Positions 26,435 through 38,560 of a DNA stretch of 64,000 nucleotides are shown here, in pieces (within the stretch, counting starts at the first letter, position 1; every line of letters starts with the position of its first letter). A program made the translations under genes and the position numbers. Source of the DNA: Euglena gracilis (Eukaryota); contig CP154954.1 in NCBI GenBank assembly GCA_039621445.1, forward strand, positions 39,331,816-39,395,815, in the 5' to 3' direction. A model generated the notes under the pieces. It worked only from the letters and a program-made list of their open reading frames with translations, made no database searches and was not told the DNA's origin.

Positions 26435-29400
26435 TCAGAAAGTGTTTATGTTTATGTCTATGTTATTGCGCTTGTTCCACAGCTTCCAATCCTGTTGGAC
26501 GTATCCAACAAAACTGGATGCTGGCTCCCAAGTGTCCTCCTCTGGCCCATACCCCTTCCAGCGAACTTTCCAGTAGTGCACACCCCTGTTGACCTTGTGG
26601 TCTATTATCTTATCAACCACAAAGTCGTCCGTTTCAGGTAATCTGGAACGGGGCTTGAAATATAAGCAGGGGATAGCTTTTCCGTCTGGGGGGCTTAGGT
26701 ACGGTTTGAAATCGTCCATATGGACGTCCTCAATCCCGTTGGGCAAGGCAACTTTACATCGCCCGCTACTTCCTAACCTGTTCAAAATTTCGCATGGGAC
26801 GAGCCAAAGAGGATGTAGCTTGGAAGATTGCATGCGGGTGCGGTTATTCCGTACCCACACGCGGTCACCTGGACTATACACAGGTGTGTTGAAATTTTGT
26901 AAAAACGATTTCCGTTTGTTGGAATGAATTTCTGTGATAAGTGATTGAACTGCAGAGCGGATTTGATTCCACTTCTGCAAACCACGTTTCACAGCTAACA
27001 CTACTTCGGGCGGGTCTCTCCGAGGGGATATCCCCTATGGCCGGAGGGTCTCGTCCGAAAAGAATTTTATACGGTGAGTGTGGTAATACCACCCCTGGCA
27101 AGGTATTGATGTAAAATAAACACCAATGAAGAATGGATATCCAATTCTTACCCGAGTCAGCCAGTGAAAGGCGTAGCATATTGACAACAGATTTCACGGC
27201 TGCCTCAGCTCCACCGTTGCCTTTCGGGCGGTATATAATGGACAAATGCTGCTCAATACCGAGTAAACCGCACAAAGTCGTGAAAAACCGCGACGAGATC
27301 AAGTGATCTTGATCACTCACTATTTCGTTCGGTAAACCCATTAAGCAGATACATTTTTTCAGGAATATGGATGCCAAAATTTGGGCTGTCAACCCTGCTT
27401 TCCGGCATGGAATGGCTACTATGTACCCACTCAGCCGACAGACGACAACAAAAACGTAATCGTAAATTTTGTCATCTGATCCTTTGCAAGGTTCGAGTTC
27501 GAGAAAATCCATGCAGAGGGACGTAAAAATGTCCGGTGGTACGGGGAAAGAATCCATCGTACCAGGGGGGGTACCTCTGCGCGGTTTCACAGCCTGACAA
27601 ATTGGGCACCGCTGCGAAATTCGCAAACAGCGCGAATATAAATCTTTTTCACTCAGGGTTGTGCAATATCTGCGACCCACCAGTGAAAGAAGTTTCAGGG
27701 CCCCAGGGTGACCATGGTTGTGATAGCTCAAAATCACATCATCAACCAGGTCTTGGGGTATACAATATTTATAACCAGAAGCATGCCGGAAGATAGGTCG
27801 CAATGGTGATAGAGAGTAATTCTCTATGGACTCACTATTACGGAGTCTATTCACAATGGTACTATATACAAGGTCACGCGAATAATCCCATTCGCGGAAA
27901 AATAGGGGGGTAGGAGTTTCCGTACGCGTAATGCGACGGGGTCCGGCAGTGCGTCCACGCCGGCGCCTTCCACGCAATGGTGAAATGGCAATGCTGCGAT
28001 ACACCCGGGAAACGGGTAGTGAGTCGAGCATGTTGTCCACAGCGTCGGATCGACGTGCGAACTGGTCAGCCCCATGGCTGCCATGAAAAGTCGCATCACC
28101 CTCATCCGGGTTCCCAGGATAATACCAGGGGGCTCGGCTGAGAGGATCCGCCACTTTTTGCGTATGACCTGGGGTATAAAATACCACCAGGTTAAACTGG
28201 CTCAAGAACTCATGCCATCGGCATCGTCTGCCAACTGATGACATGGCCTTGTTCAGGTCCTCGGTATACCAGTGTTGAAGGCTCTCATGATCCGTCAACA
28301 CCAGTATCTGGACCAGGCTGCTGGCTATCCAGCTGCGGAATTTCTGGAGAATAAGCACAATGGCGTATGTCTCCTTTTCGCGAACGCTCCGTTTAACCTG
28401 TCCTTTGCTGTTGTCGCCGTGTAGCTTCCTGCTAAAGAAAGCCAGAGGTCGGAGTTCATTCGCCACATTATGCTGTCTAAGAACCCCGCCAACAGCGTAA
28501 TCGCTGCTGTCGACCTCCAGGACATACGGTTTGTATGGATCCGCGATATCGAGAACCACGTTCTCGAGGAGCAAGTCCTTGATTTTATTCAAGGCCTCGC
28601 GCATTTGGTCATCCCAAATGACTTTTGCGTTATCGGGTGTCCGATTTTTGAGTTGTCGGGTTAGGGGTACCGCGATTTTCGCGAAATCTTAGATGTAAAT
28701 CGCGTAGTATTGGGCTAATCCCAAAAATCCCTTTAAATGCGTTAAGGTCTTAGTGACCTCAGGAGTCCATTTCTTAGTGGCCTCCATCTTGCTGGGTGCG
28801 GCTTGACGCTGCCCGTTGCTCAGGATATGCCCGCAAAACTCAACAATTTTGCGAAACAGGTGCATTTTGGAACCCTTCACAAAAAGCACATTGCTTTTTG
28901 AACGCGGATAATACCGCCCGCACATCGCGATAATGCGGTTCGAGGATATCCTTGCCCGATTTCGCGGATGGCGGTTGGGTTCCCACCAGTACATCATCGA
29001 TGTACACCAGAGCGAACGGTAAATCGCGCAAAACCCACTGGATCATGCGTTGAAACATGGCTGGGCCATTCTTAACACCCATAGGGAGTACCGTCCATTG
29101 GCACACACACCCTTGGATGTCACGAATGCCGTGTACGGTTGTGAATCGGGTGCAAATGCATCTGATGAAAACCGTCTTCTAGATCAAAGATTGACCACAA
29201 CCTGTTATCCGATTGTTTGGTGATCAAATCCTCGATCAGCAGTAACGGGAAGGGGTCATCCTTCGTTTGGGAGTTCAGGTACCGGTAATCCAGCACCAGT
29301 CTCCACTTCTTCTGACCAGACTGGTCAGCGGGTTTGGGCACTACAAAAGCTTGTGATGTCCATTCGCTCTTGGAAGGGATAATCCACTTCCGCTGGATGA

Positions 29401-31565
29401 GCTTCTCAATCATCTCGTTGAGAGCTTGTTCGCGTTTAACCGAACAACGGAAGAATTTCCGGTGCATGGGCTTAGCGCCATCCTTGAGCTCGATTTTGCA
29501 AACACCGAACAGAACGCGAATCGCGGGGTCGATGTCGCAGGCGTAAACTGGGTTATCCAGTACACCATGGAATTCGCGAGTAAAACGCGAACAATAGTCA
29601 GCAGACTTGGGGTGTTGGTCCGCACTCTCAATAACCGCCAGAAATCTGCGTTGAGGGTGTGGCATCCCCATTGGTACCAAGGTATCTTGGCACACGCAAA
29701 TCGGATATACCGAATGTGTCAAAGAAACAAACGCGAAAAATGATTTCTTTAACAGGTGGTAAAAATATACCACAAAAGTCCTCGAATAGTGGTACATCAG
29801 CGGGTAAATCCCACCAATGAAAACAGACATAGGATAGTTGATGAAACCAATGCGCATTCGGATTGACGGGTATGAGGAGAGATCCTCGCGCTTCATCGCG
29901 GAGGATTTTCTCCACCACATCCGGAAGAAGTTTTGGGGGAGGGTTCAACCAAAGCACCGTATCACCCAAAAATTTAAGGAATGCGTTGGAGTGTCGCGAC
30001 CAATGTCGCGAAAAGCGTGCATGCGCTTGTGATGAAAACGCATCAATTTCCAACGACAAATCGAAGGAATCAGCCAAAGCCGCGATTTTGGAGAACCATT
30101 CCTCCAAAATACGGTATTGACCAAAATTAAATGCGTTCCATACGCGTATCGCGTATGTATCGACCTGGTTTGCGGGTTGAAGAGCGGTAACGCAATTCAG
30201 GGAACCGCAAACATAGGCCAAGGGTGTGTCATCCACACTCCCAAGGGGCATTCCCAAGGAATGATGGGTTGGATGGGTGCATACCCAGGCCATAACATGC
30301 CAGATGGAGGTGGTGGAGGTGTGTGACACGGATTTCGCGGTCCCAAACAACAAGGCAATACCTCGTTGTTGTAGCACTTGATGCACGGTCGCTCATTCCA
30401 ATCCGCAACCAAGTGTGTGGTTACGCGAAATCGGGATTAGTGTTGGTGTTTGGACTAGACATCCACAATCGAAATCTGGATGGGCGTCAATTCTCCTACA
30501 GTGCACACATTGGAAGGAAGTTTCGGAGTAGTGGTCCTGGTCGCGCATGTTGGTCTGGTGGGGGTGTGTGTGAAAGTTGGAATGCGCGTTTGTAGCTGCT
30601 GGGGGGTGTACAGATGTATCTGAAAGCGATACATCTGGTGGAAAACGGGGTATTGGTGCAGCTGGGCGACTACTCGACACCGTAATTACTTCAGGCCTTT
30701 GGGCTTTCGTCTTGTAACCCAGTGGAACGAGGGGTACCGCTACTTGCTTGCCCTGCCTCGTGGGGAACGGAAGTTGGTGTGTGGATGGGCAGGGGGTGAA
30801 CTCTCTCGGTACACCCGGTGTAGAAAACGTTGGTAGGTGTGGTTGGTAACGGGGTAAAAGTTTTCGAAAACTGTGTGCAAAAATTGGTGGCTGTCGTGGT
30901 TGACGCCACGGGTGATGAGGGTTTGGGGGGCAATGAAGAGAACGGTGATGTGCGGAAACCGTGGAGGGGCAATACACTACCAGCCGGTGCTGACGTAAAA
31001 AGGGGCATCCCAGAATTACGTCAGACCCATGCATTCCGGATTCTTATCCCCAGGTATCCGGAAAATTTTGCGGTTGTGGGGGGTGTGAGTGGTGCTTGGG
31101 GATGAGGGGTAGGACTAAGTCCAAAATGCATCACAAGTCACCACCGCACATGGGGGTGTTGTCAGCCGTCGTTACTTTGATCGGCTTCTTGGCTTTCACC
31201 AAGAGGGTGGTCGGTATCAACCCGAACCCAAAAAGTAGTGCAATGCGGCAACCAGTGTCAATGAGAATTTTGACTTTTGCACAAAAATTTTTGGGTTTTG
31301 ATTTCCGCTTGGACCATAAGTTCCATGGGGGGTAAGCAAAGTGAAGGGTCTGGCGAAAATACGTTTTCTTGCCAGCTTTCCCATGAACCCTTTCCTACTT
31401 TGCACAAAAATTCCGAGCGGAAAGTTGTTGTGGGGGGTGGGGGACCCGAAAATTTTCCGCGTACCGACCAGGAAGGCAGATGGGCAGGGGGGGGCAGGGT
31501 TGATCAGGTCCTACCTCCATCTGTTCATCAGCCCAGAGGTCCGTGCCCTCCGACCTCGGGCTCCC
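26435..31565 (-). pseudogene. pol: pol of copy B: protease, Dam-like MTase, RT, RNase H, integrase, chromodomain (disrupted)
   Basis: LIDTG (~31260) and DVILGCPFL; WRLVLDYRYLN; YIDD; VDSSDYAVGGVL, EKETYAIV, TDHESL, VADPLSR; YHNHGH..CPIC; MDF/SDQD/AE; chromodomain. Confidence 0.94.
29715..30125 (-). other. Dam-like DNA N6-adenine methyltransferase domain within pol (between protease and RT)
   Basis: QYRILEEWF..EIDAFSSQAHARF..NAF....DTVLWLNPPP..VVEKILRD..LLIP....HWF follows the DAF/NA/NAF/WxNPP/LxxP..W pattern of DIRS-type and phage Dam MTases. Confidence 0.75.
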
Positions 31566-34500
31566 CTACTCCAGGTCCGAACCGGCCGAATAGCCGGCTA
31601 TGGGCCTTTTAGAGGTAAAAACGGATTTCAACGTGCGCACCGCCATGCGGGCGTCGTCAAAATCGGTATCCGTGGTCTCATCCCCCTCCCTGCCCGAAGC
31701 CGGGGTGTCATCCTCCAAACAAGATACCTTGAAACCGACTTTATGGCGGTTGGAGGAGTGACCCTTGTCACCGCGATTCATACCGCGATGACGTTGGCCA
31801 GAGCGGGGAGAACGAGAACGCGGACATTTGGATGAGTGGTGACCACTCGATCCACAAAGCGAACACCGAGATTTGTGTCGCGAATATGGATAACGGGGGG
31901 ATCGGTTTCCCGATTTCCCGTCAAACCGTCGTGGTGACCGGGTATCCCGTCGACCATGACCGGTGTATCGGGGTTTTCCCAATCAGGATCGCGAAGAGGA
32001 TGATCCGCTTCGTGAACGCGATCGCGATGTCTCGCGATAAGGATCACGCTTCTTGGCAGGGGCACCGGGTGACCTACCCCGAGGGGTACCGTGTTTCCGC
32101 TCATCGCGGAACGGGATCCGGGGGCTAATACCACCGGAACGGGGACCCGATGACCGTGAATTACCCGATTGGCGTGAAAACGCGGAGGAATCCAAACCCC
32201 GTGATGAGGTCGAGCCTCGCGGACTCTGACCACGCTTTTGTGCTTCAGGGTTAGGACATTCCCGAGACATATGCCCCGATTTGTTGCACAAAAAGCACAC
32301 TTTATCCGTGGCTTGGTCCGAAGAACGCGGGTATCGCGTTTTCGATACCGTGTTTGGTGAAGTGGGTGAAACCGGTGATTTTTGCAATGCGTTCACCGAA
32401 CCAGCCGGTAATCCCGCGGTTGGGCGTACGGTATACGCGGATTGAATCTGACCAAGGAGCTGTGATAGCTTCAACTGCTTGGAAACGTAATTCCAGCGTT
32501 GGTCAAGAGTCATGGGATGACTCGCCAACTCCTCACGGTGGATATCCTTGAGGAGGCTAGGCGTGAATGCATGAGAACAGCGTCAAACTGTTCGCGCATT
32601 TGCTTTTCACTAAGTTCATCAACTTCAACAGCAAGACCTAACCATTTGGCATACCAATGGTCAATGCACTTCCACTTGCGATCTGGTGGGGCGCATTGCC
32701 GATACTTGGTCTCTAGGGTAATCCTAGCGACCAAACTTGAACTGGTGGAAGCGTATTGCTCCACCAGGTCATCAAAGGAAACGCGATAGCGAATGACGAG
32801 TTGTCGCGCGCGCTCCTTCTCATCCCTTGGCAGGCAATCGTTGAATTCCATCGTGAGCACCTCCGGGTTTGTGTCCTGGGTTGCCCCTTCAATGCCCAGT
32901 AATACTCCCAGTCCCGGAAAAACTGTCTCAATGTGGTTGGATCACCGTCCCACTGGGGTTTCACCTTGTTCGCGATTGCGACGGTGCCTTTGAAGTCTTT
33001 CTGAGAAACCCAATGACCCTCGGTGGTATTCCGTGGAATCGGGCCCGGGTACGCTCGAGCACCAAGCGTATCCTTTCCGGATTCTTGTCGGAATAGCGAA
33101 ATTTCTGGTGAAGGTGAATCCTGGTACCGGAAATCCGTTCCCAAACCCTGTTGGTCACCCGTAATAGGGGGACACTCCGGTGTGGGGGTATGTCGCGCAT
33201 GCAACATGTGACCCACTCCCGGTGTACAGGTTTGGCTCATTCCACGCACAAGCATGGAATGATGGATTTCTTGGTGGAGACTTGGCGGAATCGCCGTGTT
33301 TTCCGAAAATTCGGTTCCCTTAAAATTCATCCGAAAACTGGTTTTGGGTTTTGGGCAAGGCCAATGGTGGCACAATTCGCGGAATCGCGGGTTGTGACAC
33401 AGTCGGGACACGGGTGGTGGTGGTGCATGTGCACCTAGATTCGGGTTGTGAAAACGCGAATCTGGAACATTTGGCGAATCTTCGGCAATGCATACTGCCG
33501 AATTTCGGTGTGAAACCCGCTGTTGGTTGGACACATTGTCCAGACCCACAGACAAGTCATGCACAGCTTTGCTCCAAATGCTCAACGAGTTGCAGTTGGC
33601 CGCAAATACGGTCAACCTCATCCTCCAAAGCGCGAATACGCTTGCGGTAACGGGAAAAGTCATCCAAGTGCGGAATCCTTTCGGAAATTCCGGTGACATC
33701 TTGGACAAGTTTCCCGTGAGACTCATCCAGTAATTGGAGTTGTCCCGTTAATGCTTTTACAGCTTTTGAGAGAATCTGCAAAGGTGGTGTCACCTCGGTT
33801 GGTGTGGTAGTGGGTACAACCGGTGCAGGGTCATCCGACAACGTGTTGTGGTACCCACGGGCAAATTTCCGGGTTGTGGCTTATCCAAAAACGCAAATTC
33901 GCTCGTCCAACCTGGTAATCTCACCATGCGTGGATCGGGCATTCCGATTCACCGATTCTTCAAGCCGTAATAGGCTGTTGCAAAAATCTTGCAAGGTTTC
34001 CTGATTGTCGGTGAGCATTTTGTCATAAAATGCCTTGAAATTAGGTTTCTAGTTCTTGGTAATCCGTGAACTGGAATCTGCTGGCAAAGACTGCATTTCC
34101 GTTAATTTGGTAGACACCGATGCATACCGGGTCTGGAGTTCCCCAATAGCTGTCTGAATACCGCTAATGTCCGGAACTCGGTGGGAAAGTGCGGAATAGC
34201 TTTGTTGCAAACCCGCAATGGCCGAGTTAATCCCGCCAACGTCGGACTGCAACTGCAACTGCAGGGATTCCTGCCGTTGTTCCATTTCCGCGACTTTCGC
34301 GCTCAGATTGGATAATCCAACCTGATTCGCGTCACAATAGCAGGTTTTCTGCTCAAAACGGGAAAGTCACTCCTCCAACTGCCGCACATACGTGTGGGGA
34401 GCAAAATTCTCGTTGGCTTGTGACTGGAATAGCCGAAAATTTACCGTTTCATCGCACAACAGCATAATGCGGTGTTGCGATTCATGGAAAGTTGCGGATA

Positions 34501-35542
34501 GGGTGGTGAAATGGTCCATAGACACAAATCCACCAGTACTGGATGTTGCAGACGAGGAATCTCGTGCATGCAACTGTTGTTGCAAATGCAACAACGCGGA
34601 TGAACAGGACTCCATTTGTCCCGATAGGTGTTGTAGTGAGTCATGCAAGTGCAGAAACTTGGAGTCATTCCGCGTTTCCGCTTCATGCATGCATTCACTA
34701 ATTTGCCGGAAGTTCTGCGGGAGTTGTTGGCACATTCTGTCAAAGGTTTCCCGAAAGTTTGCAAGGTCAATACCCGCACTTTCAAAATTCCTCTGGCAAT
34801 ATTTGCCAACTTCCTGCAAGTAATTCCAGCAGTGTTCCAGCTTGGTGAAGACATGTTTCTGGCTGTCCTCATCAAACTGAAGCACTTTGTTCAGTGCGGT
34901 TGCACATTCTGCAACGCATTGTTGCACATGGTTGAACTGCCTCACAAGTGGGTGATCCCCTGGAAGCCGAGCAACGATATCCTGCACATCCTCAGCAGTG
35001 AGGAGCTCACCAGTGCCCTTCCCTTAGCCATCCATGGGTTGGGATGTACCGGAGAATTCCGGTACCACTAGACGAGTCTCCACTTGCCAAGGCAGTGCCG
35101 GATAGCACCCAAGATCGGGTGGTGGTGGCAAAGCTCTGTAAGGGTTTGCCGGTGGAAGAGCGGGTGGGGGTTGAAAGAAACACGGTGATTCTAGTCCACC
35201 ATCACCAGAGAAGCCCGGTGGCGGAATCACCACAGGTCTCTCTGGTGTATGCAGCTGCACCATTGCCGCAAACAGAGGCGAATACCCCCGTTGTGGCAAG
35301 GTGAGTGCGGAAGAGGCCGCATTGGCCTCTGAAGCCAATAATGTGGAGGGCTCATCGCCGACCACTGTCAATGATGACAATTGTTGCAGTCTTGACAATT
35401 GAGCCAATTTTGCCTCATCGGCGTGGGAACTGGAAGCACTTTCACATAAAAGCTTCCAAACCCCTGTTTCTTGGTCAATGTCTTGCAATGATGCCTGTAA
35501 TAAGGCATAGTTGAATTGATGGCTGGGGCCTGTGCTTTGCAT
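31566..35542 (-). pseudogene. gag: gag-like ORF of copy B (coiled coil, capsid-like region, two CCHC zinc knuckles, RS-rich)
   Basis: CFLCNKSGHMSREC and CSLCGSSGHHSSKC; PQWDGDPTT..FFRDW; lies between the PBS and the protease; several frameshifts and stops. Confidence 0.85.
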
Positions 35543-35731
35543 CTTTCTGATGGCAAAAACAACAAAAACCCACAAAACTAAGCAGTTGTGCTGGCACCAG
35601 AGGGGCTGTAACGGGTAATACCGTACAGAGCCTTCCGGAGCCTGCTCGTCTGCTTAGACGTTGACTAGAAGCCGGGAGCTGACGCTGCGACCGTGTAATA
35701 ACGGTGCAGGGGCCCTCCGCTGCCAGTCAGC

Positions 35732-35888
35732 GTAGGATCGAACCAATCTGCTACCAAGTGTAAAACCTGGAAGCTTTTCTTTCTGTGAAGTATGTGTAGG
35801 ATCGTAATCAAATCTGCTACCAACTGTAAAACCTGGTAGCTTTTCTTTCTGTGAAGTATGTGTAGGATCGTAACCAAATCTGCTACCA
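35732..35888 (-). promoter_or_regulatory. Three tandem primer-binding sites (tRNA-iMet-like), 66-bp period
   Basis: TGGTAGCAGA at 35879-35888 (abutting the LTR), 35813-35822 and 35747-35756, each followed by a GGTT(A)CGATCC-like sequence. Confidence 0.85.
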
Positions 35889-36204
35889 AGTGTACGTCTG
35901 ATTCCCCAATTCCCCTTTCCCAATTCCCAAAAGCCTTCGCTTTCGCCTTGGCGCACCTACTTGGGAACTGAAAATGAGAGTAACAGAAAACCCTTTTCCC
36001 ACTTCCCAAGAAGCAAAGCACAGAGCATTACAGGGAGGACGGACTGGATATCCAAGTCCGGTCCGGAGAAAAGGAAGACAAACAGAATAAAGAATACCAC
36101 CTGTGGAGAGAGAAGGGGGGCACCCATTAGGAAATCCTAATAGGATCCGCTTCCATCCTAACTTCCTCAACGGGAAGGGGACAGAAGCGTACGCCTGGTA
36201 CACA
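35889..36204 (-). repeat. 5' LTR of copy B
   Basis: Direct repeat of 19494-19805, followed immediately by the PBS on the element strand. Confidence 0.92.
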
Positions 36205-38560
36205 CCAGCAGCCATTTGCTTGCCTCGGCCGCACCAGCAGCCATTTGCTTGCTTCGGCCGCACTAGAAGCCATTTGCTTGCTTTGGCCGCGCCAGCAGCC
36301 ATTTGCTTGCTTCGGCCGCACTAGCAGCCGTTTGCTTGCTTCGGCCTCACCGGCCATGTGCTTGCTTCGGCCACACCAGCGGCCATTTGCTTGCTTCAGC
36401 CGCCCCAGCAGCCATTTGCCTGCTTCGGACTGGCCACTTTCTTGCTTTGGTGTGCTTGCAACCATTTGCTTACTTCAGACCGGCCATTTGCATGCTTCGG
36501 CCGCGCCAGCAGGCATCTGCTTGCTTCGGCCGCACCGGCAGCCATTGGCTTGCTTCGGCCGCACTAGCAGCCATTGGCTTGCTTCGGCCGCAGTAGCAGC
36601 CATTTGCTTGCTTCGGCCGCAGTAGAAGCCATTTGCTTGCTTCGGCCACACTTACAGCCATTTGCTTGCTTCAGCAACACCAGCAGCTACTAGCTTTCTT
36701 CGGCAACACCGGCCATTTGCTAGCTTCGGCCGCCTAGCAGCCATTTGCTCGCTTCTGCAACGCTAGCAGCCATTTCCTTGCTTCGGCCACACTAGCAGCC
36801 ATTTGGTTGCTTCGTCCACACCCGCCATTAGCTTGGTTCGGCCGCACCAGCTGCCATTTGCTTGCCTTGGACCGACAATTTGCTTGCAGCCATTTGCTTG
36901 CTTCCATCACACCAGCAACCATTTGCTTGCTCCGGACCGGACATTTGCTTGCTTTGGTGCGCTTGCAGCCATTTGCTTGCTTCGGCTAAACTAGCAACCA
37001 TTTGCTTGTTTCGGCTGCACTAGCAACCATTTGCTTGCCTCGGCCGCACTAGCGGCCATTTTCTTGCATCGGCCGCCGTAGCAGCCACTTTTTTTTTGCT
37101 TGCTTCGGCCATTTTTGCTTGCTTTGGCCGTAATAGCAGCCATTTGCTTGCTTCGGCCGCACTAGCAACCATTTGCTTGCTTCGGCTACACCGGCAATTT
37201 GCTTGCTTCGGCCGCGCCAGCAGCCATTTGCCTGGCCACTTTCTTGCTTTGGTGTGCAACCATTTGCTTATTTCAGACCGGCCATTTGCTTGCCTCGGCC
37301 ACACCGGCCATTTGCTTGCTTCGGCCGCACCAGCAGCCCTTTAGTTGCTTCGGCCGCGCCAGCAGCCATTTGCTTGCTTCGGCCGCGCCAGCGGCCATTT
37401 GCTTGCTTCAGCCGCACTAGCAGCCATTGGCTTGCTTCAGCCGCCCCAGCAGCCATTTGCATGCTTCGGACTGGCCACTTTCTTGCTTTGGTGTGCTTGC
37501 AACCATTTGCTTACTTCAGACCGGCCATTTGCTTGCTTCGGCCGCGCCATCAGGCATCTGCTTGCTTCGGCCGCACTAGCAGCCATTGGCTTGCTTCGGC
37601 CGCACCAGCAGCCATTTGCTTGCTTCGGCCACACCAGCAGTCATTTGTTTGCTTCAACCGCACTCGCAGCCATAGCCAATAGCTTGCTTCGGCCGCACCA
37701 GCATTTGCTTTTTTATCACACAGGCCATTTGCTTGCTTCGGCCGCACTAGCGGCCATTTGTTTGCTTTGGCCCCGCCCGTAGCCATTTGCTTGCTTCGGC
37801 TGTGGCAGCAGCCATTTGATTGCTTCGGCCGCACTATCGGCCATTAGATTGCTTCGGCCGCACTAGCAGCCATTTGCTTGCTTCGACCACACCGGTCATT
37901 TGCTTGCTCCGGCCGCTCTAGCGGACATATGCGCGCTTCGGCAACGCTATCAGCCATCTTGCTTGCTTCGGCCGCACCAGCAGCCATTTGCTTGCTTTGG
38001 TGTGCTTACTAGCTTGTACTTGATTGAGAGTGGCCACTTGCTTGCTTCGGCCACCGTATTAGCCATTTTCTTGCTTCGTCCACACCGGCAATTTGGTTGC
38101 TTCGGCAGCACCGGCAGCCATTTGCTTGCTTCGGCCGCACTATCAGCCATTTGCTTGCTTCGGCCGCAGTAGCAGCCATTTGCTTGCGTCGGCCACACTT
38201 ACAGCCATTTGCTTGCTTCAGCAACACCAGCAGCTACTAGCTTTCTTCGGCAACTCCGGCCATTTTCTAGCTTCGGCCGCCTAGCAGCCATTTCCTTGCT
38301 TCGGCCACACTAGCAGCCATTCGCTTGCTTCGTCCAAACCCGCCATTAGCTTGGTTCGGCCGCACCAGCAGCCATTTGCTTGCTTTGGACCGACAATTTG
38401 CTTGCAGCCATTTGCTTGCTTCCATCACACCGGCAACCATTTGCTTGCTCCGGACCGGACATTTGCTTGCTTTGGTGCGCTTGCAGCCATTTGCTTGCTT
38501 CGGCTAAACTAGCAACCATTTGCTTGCTTCGGCCACACGGCCATTTTCTTGCTTCGGTCG
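36205..38560. repeat. 29-bp satellite, right part
   Basis: Same unit and orientation as 18700-19493, with higher-order duplications. Confidence 0.93.

Larger units (their letters stand above)
19494..36204 (-). mobile_element. Full-length ~16.7-kb Ty3/Gypsy chromovirus-like LTR retrotransposon, copy B
   Basis: Two direct LTRs, PBS, PPT, gag, protease, MTase-like domain, RT, RNase H, integrase and chromodomain in Ty3/Gypsy order, plus an accessory ORF. Confidence 0.95.

Noticed and set aside
35732-35888. tRNA-Met genes
   Set aside because: Only the 3'-terminal ~25 nt including CCA is mirrored; there is no cloverleaf, and the position next to the LTR indicates a PBS.
19494-36204. DIRS/tyrosine-recombinase element (because of the MTase)
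   Set aside because: It has direct LTRs, PBS/PPT, an aspartic protease and a DDE integrase with chromodomain; no tyrosine recombinase motif was seen.
36205-38560. CRISPR array or repeat-protein gene in the 29-bp array
   Set aside because: Degenerate satellite with no spacers; the unit length is not a multiple of 3, so the ORFs are artefacts.
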